A stretch of DNA of 64,000 nucleotides from Accumulibacter sp. GTDB lineage: Bacteria > Pseudomonadota > Gammaproteobacteria > Burkholderiales > Rhodocyclaceae. The position numbers were made by a program, and so were the translations under genes. Under the pieces are notes generated by a model. That model did not search any database, was not told where the DNA came from, and saw only the letters and a list, made by a program, of their open reading frames with translations. Location of the stretch: contig NZ_JAZKUD010000006.1 in the NCBI RefSeq assembly GCF_036625275.1, positions 11,716 to 75,715 of the forward strand, given 5' to 3'. Positions 48,260 to 58,091 of this stretch are shown one piece after another (position 1 is the first letter of the stretch; each line of letters opens with the position of its first letter).

Positions 48260-50171
48260 GATCGCCGCCCAACTCATCGGCCCGAACCTCGTAGACGCGC
48301 ACCTTCCGCCCGCCAATGTTTTCAGGCTTCGCGCGCTTGCCGTCCGCGCCCGCTTTGGGAATCGCGCCGCAGGCTTCCAGCTCGTCAAGCGCCCGCTTGA
48401 AGTCGAACCCCTTCAAGGCTTCGCGCATGCCTTCCGCCGTGAAGAGGTAAAGCCGCCCGTCTTGGGTATCGCGCCACCAGCCGGCCCGGTCACGCGTTTG
48501 GCTTTCGTGGGAATCGTCCGCATTGGAAAAGCGCCCGTCGCCGTGACGTTCGATGAAGTCGGAAACCTTTTGAAGAATTTGCCGCCGCTCGTCGTTGCCG
48601 CGCCCGCGCAGGGAACGCCAGGCATTGAACCCGATCACCGCCGCCTTGACGGCTTCGCCTTCCGGCCAGCCCGTCAGCCCGTATTCAGTCGCCAGTTCGC
48701 CGGCCAGCGCGAGCAGCGCGAACCGGCCCGCCGCCCGCTTGTCTTGCCCCTCGAAATCTTGGCGGTTGAAGTCTCGCAAGCCCTTCAGGATCTCCAGCCG
48801 CGCCGCGAAGTCGCGTTGATCGTGCGTCAGCCGCTCCAGGAACGCCCGGCCCGGTCGCCCGTAGTGCGTGACCGCGGCCCGCTTGATCGCATCTGACAGC
48901 GCCGCCCCGCTGGCGTGATCGTGCAGCACGTCGAAACAGCCTTGCTGGCGAGCCGTCGGAATATCGAGCAGGCGAACCGATTGCCCGGCCTTGAAACGGT
49001 GCCCGCCTTCGGCCATGGTCGTGGCAATGGTGCGTTCGCCGGTCGAGACAATGAACGCCTGCCAGCGGGTCACCGCCCGCGCCGCGCCGGTTCGCCCCGC
49101 CCGTTGCTTGCCCCGCCCGTTGCCCAGCGAGTAAACGATGTTGCCGACTTCGCGCGGGTCGCATTCGCTGATTTCGTCCAGGGCGAGCAGGCAATCATTG
49201 AACAGCGCCGCCGCGCCTTCCATGCCGTTGGCAGTCGCTCGCCAACTGCGCCGATAGTTCGCCCCGCCCCAAACGGATGCCGCCGCCTCAAGGATGGTGG
49301 TCTTGCCGGTGCTCGAATCGCCAACGAAATGCAGCCCGCCGCCTTCAGCATTGCAGCACGCCAGCATCGGCCCGGCAAAGGCAGCCGACAGGCCCAGGGC
49401 GAACAGGGGATTGCCGACAGCGCGCGCCGCAACCTCTGCCCGCCAGCCGTCGAGCGTGCCTTTCTGCCCGTGTTCCTCGTGCCCGCGTTCGCCGGATTGA
49501 AAGATCACGCTCGCCTTGTCCGGCCCGATCACCGCATCCGGCAGGACGAACACGGCACCACACCAGCCGACTTGCAGCGCGCAACGAACCTTCTTCTTTG
49601 GCGGTCGTTCTTGCAGGTAGCGCGCCAGGTGGAAACGCCCGTTCGGATCAATCGCCAACCCCATCGCGAGCAGTTCGCCGCGCAGGTCGGTGCCGTCGCC
49701 CCTGAGCAGTTCCATGGGCATGGCCCATTCCCGCCAGCGGCCCGCCGTGTTCTTGAAGCGCAGCAGCCGCCCGAAGTTGTTGCCGGTGCTGTCGAAGGTT
49801 TGGGCTTCAACGTACAGCGGCCCGCACACCCAGGTATCCACCGGCACCGGGTCGCCCTTGCCCTTGGGTGCGCTCATGGCATGAAGACAGACGCCCGGCC
49901 GCAACTTGCGCCCGGTGTCGGTCACCGTCCAGCCGTCATAGACGCGAAAGCAGGGGCGCTCATTCTCGGGAACTGCGGCAATTGGCTCCTGCTGCGCCTT
50001 GCCTTCGCCCGGTTCCACCGCACTGGCGAGCAGATCGGCCAGAACTGGAACCCCTGGAACCCCAGGGGTTCCGCTCGGGGTTCCGTCAAGATCCCCGTCG
50101 TTGCTGGGTTGTACCCCAGGAACCCCTGGAACCCCTGAAATCGGTAATGCGTCGAGAAGTTCATCATTCAT
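48249..50171 (-). CDS. DUF927-domain replication protein / helicase
   Basis: NFGRLL.F....G..REWAMPM..L; Walker A GDSSTGKTT; LALDEI; Y.LGNG.GK.R; STGE. Confidence 0.85.
   Translation of the reverse strand: MNDELLDALPISGVPGVPGVQPSNDGDLDGTPSGTPGVPGVPVLADLLASAVEPGEGKAQQEPIAAVPENERPCFRVYDGWTVTDTGRKLRPGVCLHAMSAPKGKGDPVPVDTWVCGPLYVEAQTFDSTGNNFGRLLRFKNTAGRWREWAMPMELLRGDGTDLRGELLAMGLAIDPNGRFHLARYLQERPPKKKVRCALQVGWCGAVFVLPDAVIGPDKASVIFQSGERGHEEHGQKGTLDGWRAEVAARAVGNPLFALGLSAAFAGPMLACCNAEGGGLHFVGDSSTGKTTILEAAASVWGGANYRRSWRATANGMEGAAALFNDCLLALDEISECDPREVGNIVYSLGNGRGKQRAGRTGAARAVTRWQAFIVSTGERTIATTMAEGGHRFKAGQSVRLLDIPTARQQGCFDVLHDHASGAALSDAIKRAAVTHYGRPGRAFLERLTHDQRDFAARLEILKGLRDFNRQDFEGQDKRAAGRFALLALAGELATEYGLTGWPEGEAVKAAVIGFNAWRSLRGRGNDERRQILQKVSDFIERHGDGRFSNADDSHESQTRDRAGWWRDTQDGRLYLFTAEGMREALKGFDFKRALDELEACGAIPKAGADGKRAKPENIGGRKVRVYEVRADELGGDHGS
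50047..50135. repeat. Third 89-bp GGAACCCC-box module, in the 5' end of the DUF927 gene
   Basis: Same box layout and shared spacer GTTGCTGGGTTGTACCC as the 48129-48217 module. Confidence 0.88.
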
Positions 50172-51040
50172 CCCGCCGCCCTCCGCAGGTTCGCCAGGTC
50201 GTTGAAGTCTGAACCGCTCACGCCCTCGGGGAATTCCGGCACTGCCAGCCGCGCGCCGGTTGCCTTCGCCGCCGCGGTTGCCGCCGTCAAGCCGGGGTTG
50301 CCTTCCGTCTTTCGATCGTTGTCCGCACAGATCAGCAGATCAGCGCCCGGCCAAGCAGCGCGCGCCGCCTTCGCCACCGGCAGCAGGTTGCCGGCGTTCA
50401 TGGCGCAGAGCACCGGGTGCCCGGATTCTTCGTGCAGCGTCGCGCCGGTTGCCCAGCCTTCGCAGATCAGCAGCAGCGCCGGGTTCATCAGGTCGCCGAT
50501 TGGCGAGAACAGCCCGCCAGCCCGGCCGCTCTCGAACCGCTTGCCGCCATCGGGCATGATTCGCTGAACATTCCACAGCAGCCCGTGAATATCGAGCAGG
50601 GGAACCACCAGCGCCGCGCCGGTTTGCCGCAGGCTGTGCGCCTGTACGCCTTTGGCGATCAGGTAGGGGTGTGTCGGGTTGGCAGTACCCGCCGCCGCCC
50701 AGATCGCCCGCGCCTCGATCGCCCGCGCCTCGTGTTCGGCCCGCCGTTCGGCTTGCGCTTTGGTCCGCGCCGCCCGTATCAGTTCGGCGAAGGCTTCGTG
50801 CTCGGTATCGTTCAGCCGCTTGCCGTCCGCCGCCCAGGTCGAACGGAATCCGGTTTTCCAACTGCCGAAGATGCCAGCGGCCCGGCCATCGGTGTGCAGG
50901 CAATACCAGCCGTTGCGGGTTCCGCTCCGGTCGCCATCGGCATGGAAGCGATGCAGCAGCCCGTCCGCCTCGATCGCTTCAGAGGGAAGCAGCCCGGCCA
51001 GGCGCATCGCTTCGCGGAATTCTTGGAGTGGGTCATTCAT
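50168..51040 (-). CDS. Toprim-domain primase (P4-alpha-like, helicase split off)
   Basis: DG.LHRF...NGWY, HPYL..KG, ICEGWATG and ICADND; start at MNDPL. Confidence 0.88.
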   Translation of the reverse strand: MNDPLQEFREAMRLAGLLPSEAIEADGLLHRFHADGDRSGTRNGWYCLHTDGRAAGIFGSWKTGFRSTWAADGKRLNDTEHEAFAELIRAARTKAQAERRAEHEARAIEARAIWAAAGTANPTHPYLIAKGVQAHSLRQTGAALVVPLLDIHGLLWNVQRIMPDGGKRFESGRAGGLFSPIGDLMNPALLLICEGWATGATLHEESGHPVLCAMNAGNLLPVAKAARAAWPGADLLICADNDRKTEGNPGLTAATAAAKATGARLAVPEFPEGVSGSDFNDLANLRRAAG

Positions 51041-51332
51041 CGCCGCCCCCTTGATCGTCAAGGAAGCCAGGCGCCGGCCATTCCGGTGTACCCATCGAGT
51101 ACAGCGCGACATTGCGCCGGATGACACCACGGAATTCAAACTCCGGCTCGATCACCGTCAGGATGTGGAACCCCTTGGCCCGCAGGTCGTGGATGCGCGC
51201 TGCGGTTTCGGGGATGGCGAGGTTTGCCGTCAGCTCGAAGCTGGGTACCGGCTGACGTTCTCGAATAACTTGCAGGACTTCGGCGCACTGCCCGGTGACC
51301 ACCGGTGGCCCGTCGTGATTTGCTGTGCTCAT
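51033..51332 (-). CDS. Winged HTH protein
   Basis: Q...L..I.......EL......AARI.DLR..G..I.T pattern. Confidence 0.75.
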   Translation of the reverse strand: MSTANHDGPPVVTGQCAEVLQVIRERQPVPSFELTANLAIPETAARIHDLRAKGFHILTVIEPEFEFRGVIRRNVALYSMGTPEWPAPGFLDDQGGGDE

Positions 51333-51496
51333 CGCCGGCCTCCTCTCTGCCATCCGCGTTTCGGTCGCCGGTCGATGCGGCTTGGCTTGGCGAAGAATCC
51401 GCCTGACAGGATGCTGTTCGGGTTATGATTCGGGCTGTCGAATGTCTTTGAGCCCGTGCCGGTGCCCCCCTGTGCGGGTTTTTTGTGGGTCGTCAT
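51329..51496 (-). CDS. Small hypothetical ORF (55 aa)
   Basis: Fills the gap between alpA and the HTH gene; its stop overlaps the HTH start. Confidence 0.4.
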   Translation of the reverse strand: MTTHKKPAQGGTGTGSKTFDSPNHNPNSILSGGFFAKPSRIDRRPKRGWQRGGRR

Positions 51497-51509
51497 GTCG
51501 TCGCTCCGA

Positions 51510-51809
51510 TCAGGCCGCAAGGGCTTTGCGAAGCTCGCCGACGTTCCAAGCGGTAATGCGCTGCGAGAGTTTTCGGGGTGCTGGCAGGTCGCCGCGCCGG
51601 ACCATGCGCCAGACAGTTGCGGCAGAGCACGCTTTCAGCGCCCGGACTACCGGCAATCGAACGCTGGCCGAATCGGGAAGGGAATCAAAATTTTTGAGAG
51701 CGTCGGAGATACCGACTTCTTTGATGCGAACGGGTGCCGAATCAGTAGCTGGGAATGCTTCCTTGACGACGTCGACGATGGTGGCTGTATTGCCGAATTT
51801 GTGGGTCAT
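51510..51809 (-). CDS. alpA: AlpA family regulator / excisionase
   Basis: S.ATVWR.V..G.LP.P.KL....TAW...EL. Confidence 0.85.
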   Translation of the reverse strand: MTHKFGNTATIVDVVKEAFPATDSAPVRIKEVGISDALKNFDSLPDSASVRLPVVRALKACSAATVWRMVRRGDLPAPRKLSQRITAWNVGELRKALAA

Positions 51810-52296
51810 GGGGATAAATCCTTAAATGATTGCGCCTCGGTGGCGCCGTAGTGGTCCGGACAAGTCTGTTAAACATTGGATTCCTCGGGTCTTTATTAGA
51901 ATGTACGCAATTGGTGCGTCCCATTTGCTACGTGAGTTAGCTGCTTGCATCTCCTTGCCAAAGTTGTGAAAGCCGCGCCTTAATGCCTTTACAAGACACA
52001 GCATGCGGCACATTATATCTGAGTTATCCACAGCCTATCCGGATGCCGCAACGGCTCTTTGGCGAACCAAAGCCCAACACGCCCGCATGCTGAAAAAATA
52101 TACTGCCTGAGCCGGAGAAAGGGTCGAGCACTGTTACGGCTTGATATGTCTTGCGACAATCCAGACGATGTAAAAGCGACTTTGTTGTGATTCCGTCACG
52201 AAGTGTTGTTATTTTGTAACGGCGATGATTGGTACTCGTCGAGTGCTCTTTTGCCGCGCCGGCCGATGCGCTCCGACCATGCGCTTCCGCCCTCGA

Positions 52297-53580
52297 TCAG
52301 CCGGCTTTCGTTGATCTCATTGGCAACACCTTGCCCGTCGTCGTCGCCACCGTCGCGCAGAACTTCGCCCAATCGGCCATGAGCCTGCGCCGCTTCTCGA
52401 TCAGATCGCCGCGCCGGTAAGCCGCTTCCACCTTGTTGATGATGGTGTGCGCCAAGGCCATTTCCACGACCTCAGAGGGGTATGCGGTTTGCTCTGCGGC
52501 CCAATCCCGGAACGTCGACCGGAATCCATGCACCGTAATGTCGTCGCGCCCCATGCGCCGCAGTACCGCGGTCAGGCTCATATCGGACAGCGGCCGGCCA
52601 GACCGCGCACCAGGGAAGATCAGGTCGCCGGACCTTGGGAGGGACCGCAGCAGATCAAGCGCCGCGTCTGAAAGCGGTACGGTGTGCTCGTTCTTCGCCT
52701 TCATGCGCTCGCCGGGGATGGTCCAGATGCCGGCTTCCAAGTCGATTTCCCCCCAAGTCGCACCGCGAACCTCGCCCGACCTCGCCGCCGTCAGAATGGT
52801 GAATTCCAGCGCTCGCGCACCGACGCCTTGCATCTTGGCCAGATCGGCCATGAAAGCGCCAAGCTCTCGATAGGGGAGGGCGGCATGATGTTCGACCTTG
52901 GCAATCTTCGTTGGCATGGCGAGCAGGTTTTGCAAGTGGCCTTTCCAGCGCGCCGGATTCTCTCCCATCCGGTATCCCGCCGTCGTCGCCCAGGACAGAA
53001 CGCTTTCAATCCGGCCTCTCAACCGGACTGCTGTCTCCGTCTTTTCGGACCAGATTGGTTGAAGGACCTTCAACACATGCCCGACCTCGATCTGCGCCAC
53101 GTCCAAACCGCCGATGACCGGCCCGGCGTAAGTGGCCAGGGTATTGCGCCACTGTTGCCGATGTTTGGGATTGCTCCACGACTCATTGTGCGCGTCGAGA
53201 TAGGCGTCAATGCACTGGTTGAACGTCATCGCCTTGGCGAGCGTAGCCCGCAGCGCAGCGCGTGCTTCCCGACGCTGGCCGATCGGATCAATGCCGTTGT
53301 CGATCTGTTCGCGCAGTTCGCGAGCCCGTCGACGTGCATCTGCGAGGGTCACATCGGGGTAGCCGCCCAGGCCCATGTCGCGCCGCTTGCCGGCAATCGA
53401 GACGCGCAGAATCCAGGACCGTGCGCCCGTCGGTTTGACGAATAGCGCCAGGCCCGCGACCTCGCCAACGAAGTGCATGCCCGGCGTCGTGAGTCGCTGC
53501 ACCTCGATGGCCGTCAGCGACTTGACCTTGTGCCGGCCACGAACAGCGCTTGATGACAACGTGTTTTTCCGTTCCATCAT
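52297..53580 (-). CDS. int: P4-like tyrosine integrase
   Basis: Arm-binding GL.L.V..TG..SW and MGLG.YP.V.LA.AR; catalytic AARSGE, HGFRST and LAH...Y.R. Confidence 0.96.
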   Translation of the reverse strand: MMERKNTLSSSAVRGRHKVKSLTAIEVQRLTTPGMHFVGEVAGLALFVKPTGARSWILRVSIAGKRRDMGLGGYPDVTLADARRRARELREQIDNGIDPIGQRREARAALRATLAKAMTFNQCIDAYLDAHNESWSNPKHRQQWRNTLATYAGPVIGGLDVAQIEVGHVLKVLQPIWSEKTETAVRLRGRIESVLSWATTAGYRMGENPARWKGHLQNLLAMPTKIAKVEHHAALPYRELGAFMADLAKMQGVGARALEFTILTAARSGEVRGATWGEIDLEAGIWTIPGERMKAKNEHTVPLSDAALDLLRSLPRSGDLIFPGARSGRPLSDMSLTAVLRRMGRDDITVHGFRSTFRDWAAEQTAYPSEVVEMALAHTIINKVEAAYRRGDLIEKRRRLMADWAKFCATVATTTGKVLPMRSTKAG

Positions 53581-53722
53581 TAGTCCCATCAAAAAAGATG
53601 AGATTCTATACTACCCCATAATACAGCATGAGACAACAAGAACCCATGAAACGCTTGCCATTGCTGGATTCATGACAAGTCATGCGACAGCCTGATACCG
53701 TTGGAGTATGCCAAATGGCGGA

Positions 53723-53736
53723 CGCCCTCTCCGCCA
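53723..53736 (+). repeat. att core: duplicate of the tRNA-Ser 3' end
   Basis: Identical to 45878-45891. Confidence 0.85.
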
Positions 53737-53959
53737 GTAATCAAGCACTTATGGAAATCTTTCGGGGTTGGCTTTTTTGTTTGCTGGCAGTCGAGCAACG
53801 AATGAGCAACGCATGGAGAACATAGGTCCCTTCCAGATGGTTCTTGCCGCTTTTGGCAAGCGGTCTCAGACGTTATTGCCCCGCAGCAACCCATGATGCG
53901 CTGCACACCGACTTACTGCGGCGAAATGAACTGCTGGTAACCGCCAAGCTACTCCCGGC

Positions 53960-54718
53960 TGTCTGTCGGCACCGCGGGGGTGCGCCTACGCTTTTCCCCT
54001 GAACCAACTGGGCACCGCCGAAGATCGGCTCGACGGTCTGCTTGCGCAAGGCATCGAGGGCTCGTCCGGCTTGGGTCTTCAAGCAATGCGACATCGCCTG
54101 CACCGGGGTTGCATTTTCCAGGAGCGCTGCCGGTTCGCTGTGGCGTTCCCGCCAGTCAGGAGGGTGCTCGTCGCGAGCCACCGCGATCACCGGAGCGATG
54201 GCCGGCCGCCTCGCACAACTGGATGTTCTACTCGCTGCAGAAGCCACTGTCGGCGATCAGACTTTCCGGGGCGCCCAGCACCTTGGCTGATGCCTGGAGC
54301 GTCGCCAGCATCGGCTCGACCTGCTCTTGGTCATGGGGAGCTGGTGTCACGCCGACCGCTACCACCCGCATCGTCGCCGCATTCACCCCGGCCTGGGCGT
54401 TGTACGCTGGTTCGAAGCCGCCACCGGCTACGGGCATGATCCGTGATTCTTTGTCGGTCAGATTGATCCGGTCAGTGTCCCGGGCGCCGGGCTCGAGGGC
54501 CTTCGGCGGCTTGCCACCCAGCTTCTTGCCGGTCGCTTCTTCCTTCGCCGTGCGCCGGGCGATTTTCTCGTCGTACCCGGCTTTCTCTCGCTGATAGCGT
54601 TCCTCGGTTCGGGCAGCCATCTTCGCCTTCGCCGCCGCCATGGCCGCCAGCCGACCTTGACGGCGCTTGATTTCTTCGGGCAGGCTGACGCCGTCCGGAA
54701 TGTCAACCTGGTCGGTCT
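53960..54718 (-). pseudogene. IS1182-family transposase remnant
   Basis: DIPDG.SLPEEI.RR, INLTD.ESRIM, YNAQA, ADSGF.SE and RKQTVEP.FG, split across frames with stops. Confidence 0.8.
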
Positions 54719-54726
54719 GTTCTTAA

Positions 54727-54910
54727 GTCAAGACGAACAAGAACGACGCCGCCGATGCCGAAGCGATCTGCGAAGCGGTGGGCCGGCCCAATAGGCACTA
54801 TGTGAAGCGTTTCGAGAACGGACGACAGTTGGCGGCCTGGCTGGGATAGGTTCCCGAACGACACTCCCGTGGCGGCAAGCAGTGGCTGCTGGGGATCAGC
54901 AAGCACGGCC
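54727..54910 (+). pseudogene. IS110-family transposase remnant (internally deleted)
   Basis: KTNKNDAADAEAICEA lies next to F.NGRQLAAWLG*VP...GGKQ..LGISK.G. Confidence 0.8.
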
Positions 54911-55068
54911 CCCCCTCTTCTGTAGAACAAATCTACCGTGCTACCGGGCTGCCTGCCTGCTGCCTGCGTCATGCCCCTCTGTTACAATTCCAAGCTTGTT
55001 CGATGCTGGCTGGTGGACCTTCGGGGAGGCACCAGTCCCCGGTTTCTTTTTCCTAGATAGAGGCAATC

Positions 55069-56184
55069 ATGCAACCCACAGCGAAACCCAAAAACCCCAA
55101 TTTTTCCTCGGGTCCCTGCAGCAAGCGCCCAGGCTATGATGTCAGCGCCCTGTCGCTCAACACTTTGGGCCGCTCGCATCGCTCGGCGCTGGGCAAGAAA
55201 GCCCTCGCGCTGGCGTGCACGGAAACCGCGCGTATCCTCGGTTTGCCGGAAGGCTATCGCGTTGGCGTCGTGCCGGGGTCGGACACGGGTGCGGTGGAAA
55301 TGGCGATGTGGTCCCTGCTGGGTCAGCGCGGTGTCGACGTTCTGGTCTGGGAATCCTTTGGCGCGGGTTGGGCAACGGACGTGGTCAAGCAACTGAAACT
55401 TTCCGACGCACGCGTCCTGAAGGCCGATTATGGCGACATCGTCGATCTCGCGCAGGTGAATTTCGACCATGACGTGGTGTTTACCTGGAACGGCACGACT
55501 TCCGGCGTCAAGGTGCCCAATGGTGACTGGATTTCCGATGAGCGCGCCGGTCTGACGATCTGCGATGCCACTTCGGCGGTTTTCGCCATGGACCTGCCCT
55601 GGGAGAAGCTCGACGTGGTGACCTTCTCCTGGCAGAAGGTCCTGGGCGGGGAGGGGGCGCACGGCATGCTGATCCTCGGCCCACGCGCAGTGGCTCGTCT
55701 GGAAAGCTACAGCCCGCCGTGGCCGCTGCCCAAGGTATTCCGCCTGACCTCCGGCGGCAAGCTCAGCGAAGGTATCTTCCGCGGGGAAACGATCAATACC
55801 CCTTCGATGCTCTGTGTTGCCGACTATCTCGACGCCTTGCAATGGGTCGAGAGGATTGGCGGCGTCCCGGCAGCGATCGCACGCAGCGAGGCCAACCTGG
55901 CGGTGATCGCCGAGTTTGTCGCCGCCAACGACTGGATCGCCTTCCTGGCCAAGGAGCCGGCGACGCGCTCGAACACCAGCGTCTGCCTGAGCGTGCAACT
56001 CGACGCCGAACAGGTGAAGAAGCTCGTCAAACTGCTCGACAGCGAAGGCGTCGCTTTCGACATCGGTTCGTACAAGGACGCACCGGCAGGGATTCGCATC
56101 TGGTGTGGGTCAACCGTCGAGACTTCCGACCTGCAGGCGCTGATGCCATGGCTGGCCTGGGCCTATCAGCAGGTCGCCGCCTGA
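55069..56184 (+). CDS. serC: Phosphoserine aminotransferase (NPNFSSGP subtype)
   Basis: [32 protein letters not shown] and TPSM. Confidence 0.93.
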   Translation: MQPTAKPKNPNFSSGPCSKRPGYDVSALSLNTLGRSHRSALGKKALALACTETARILGLPEGYRVGVVPGSDTGAVEMAMWSLLGQRGVDVLVWESFGAGWATDVVKQLKLSDARVLKADYGDIVDLAQVNFDHDVVFTWNGTTSGVKVPNGDWISDERAGLTICDATSAVFAMDLPWEKLDVVTFSWQKVLGGEGAHGMLILGPRAVARLESYSPPWPLPKVFRLTSGGKLSEGIFRGETINTPSMLCVADYLDALQWVERIGGVPAAIARSEANLAVIAEFVAANDWIAFLAKEPATRSNTSVCLSVQLDAEQVKKLVKLLDSEGVAFDIGSYKDAPAGIRIWCGSTVETSDLQALMPWLAWAYQQVAA

Positions 56185-56222
56185 TTCCTGCCATTCCACC
56201 CACCTATCCGAGTCACATTGCC

Positions 56223-57395
56223 ATGTACAAGGTCAGAACCTACAACAAGATTTCGATCAAGGGTCTCGATCGATTTCCGCGTCAATCCTATGAAGTCGGT
56301 AGCGACATCGCTCATCCCGACGCTTTTCTCCTGCGCAGCCAGAAGCTGCAGGGTATCGAGGTCCCCGCCTCGCTGCTGGCCGTCGCCCGTGCCGGTGCCG
56401 GGGTCAACAATGTTCCGGTCGCCGAGTACGGCAAGCAGGGGATCGTGGTGTTCAACACTCCAGGTGCCAATGCCAACGCCGTCAAGGAACTGGTGATGGC
56501 CGGCATGCTGCTGAGTGCGCGCGGCATCGTCGACGGCATGAACTACGTGCAGTCGCTCGCCGATCTGAAGGACCCGGCGGAGATGTCGCCGCTCGTCGAG
56601 AAAGCCAAATCCCGCTTTGCCGGCCACGAGATCCGTGGCAAGACGATCGGTATCGTTGGTCTCGGAGCCATCGGTTCGATGGTCGCCGACATGGCGCTGG
56701 CGATGGGCATGACAGTAGTCGGCTTTGACCCGGTGTTGTCGATTGATGCGGCCTGGCGCCTGTCGAACGAAGTCAGCCGCATGGAAAACCTGCAATCGCT
56801 GCTCGCCCGTTCCGACTACGTCTCGCTGCATGTGCCGGCGGTCGATGCCACCCGGCACATGCTCAACGACGATACCCTGGCGGTCATCAAACCTGGCGCC
56901 GTGCTGCTCAACTTTGCCCGGGACGCGATTGTGGACTCGGGGTCGGTCCTGCGCAGTCTTGACGCCGGCCGGCTTGGCAAGTACGTCTGCGATTTTCCCG
57001 AGCCCGCTCTGCTCGGACACCCGCGAATCATTGCCATGCCGCACATCGGCGCCAGTACCGAGGAATCCGAGGAAAACTGTGCGGTGATGGCTGCCAACCA
57101 ACTGGTCAACTATCTGGAAAACGGCCACATCGTGAATTCGGTGAACTTCCCGAAGATCAGCATGGAGCGCAGTCCGGGTACCGCGCGGATCACCTTCTCC
57201 AACGACAATGTCTCCGGTGTTCTCGGCCAGGTCCTGTCGATTCTGGCCAGCCACCAGGTCAATGTTGTGGACATGATGAACAAGAGCCGCGGTGAACTGG
57301 CTTTCAACATCGTGGATGTCGAGAAAAAGCCCGGCGACGAGGTGATCAGCGCGATCCGGGCGGTCGAACGCGTGATTCGCGTACGCGTGATCTAG
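56223..57395 (+). CDS. serA: D-3-phosphoglycerate dehydrogenase with ACT domain
   Basis: RAGAGVNN, NTPGANANAV.E, GLGAIG, PHIGAST.E.E and C-terminal ACT. Confidence 0.93.
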   Translation: MYKVRTYNKISIKGLDRFPRQSYEVGSDIAHPDAFLLRSQKLQGIEVPASLLAVARAGAGVNNVPVAEYGKQGIVVFNTPGANANAVKELVMAGMLLSARGIVDGMNYVQSLADLKDPAEMSPLVEKAKSRFAGHEIRGKTIGIVGLGAIGSMVADMALAMGMTVVGFDPVLSIDAAWRLSNEVSRMENLQSLLARSDYVSLHVPAVDATRHMLNDDTLAVIKPGAVLLNFARDAIVDSGSVLRSLDAGRLGKYVCDFPEPALLGHPRIIAMPHIGASTEESEENCAVMAANQLVNYLENGHIVNSVNFPKISMERSPGTARITFSNDNVSGVLGQVLSILASHQVNVVDMMNKSRGELAFNIVDVEKKPGDEVISAIRAVERVIRVRVI

Positions 57396-57717
57396 GGTTT
57401 TTGACCGGAACGGCGAGCTGGCCCGGCTCGCCAGTCGCCCTTGATGTACGGCAACCCCTCTCTGTGGCTGGAACCGGGTCGGTCGAGCGCGGGTCATAGG
57501 CCAGTCAGGGCGGTCTGGCGCCGGCCTTCGTCGGCCTGCTGCATCGCTCAATGGAGGAAGCCATGCCTTTTCAACTGCTCGCAAACCTGGGCTGGCACGA
57601 GTGCTCGGTCCTGCTCTTCGCGCTGCTCCTGGTGCTCGTTTTCTTCCTGGTCCTCCGCCAGAACCAGAAGGATTTTCTCGAAATCGAGGCATGGGTGACT
57701 GAAGAGAAACCCGGTCT

Positions 57718-57880
57718 CTAGCCGCCTGTCGGACTGGATGAGTCGAAGCGAAAAAAGTGGGAAGCGAGGACAGATTGTCACGAGTTTCAAGCCAATGGTG
57801 GAACGATTGGCACCGAAATTCGGGGCAATAGGGACCGCTACTCTTTGCAGCCGATTTGGTCAAGTCCGACAGGCGGCTAG
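57718..57880. mobile_element. 163-bp MITE-like element
   Basis: Perfect 18-bp terminal inverted repeat CTAGCCGCCTGTCGGACT / AGTCCGACAGGCGGCTAG; no internal transposase. Confidence 0.75.
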
Positions 57881-58091
57881 CCCCCGCGCGAGTGGCAACC
57901 TGGCGCTCTCCCGAGCACGCGGAGGCGCGGGACGATCGTCGGCGCATTACCCAGAACGGGCGTGATGGCGTTTGCACGGCGCAGCGTGCACGGTTGCGTG
58001 CAATGTTATAGACTCGCCACGGGCGTGGACCGGTGGACGTGGATTCACGATCTCTCTCACATCGATGAACGGAAGAACACAAGGGGCTGAC

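Noticed and set aside
57412-57432. Hairpin after serA as an intrinsic terminator
   Set aside because: A 7-bp stem is present but there is no U-tract on either strand.
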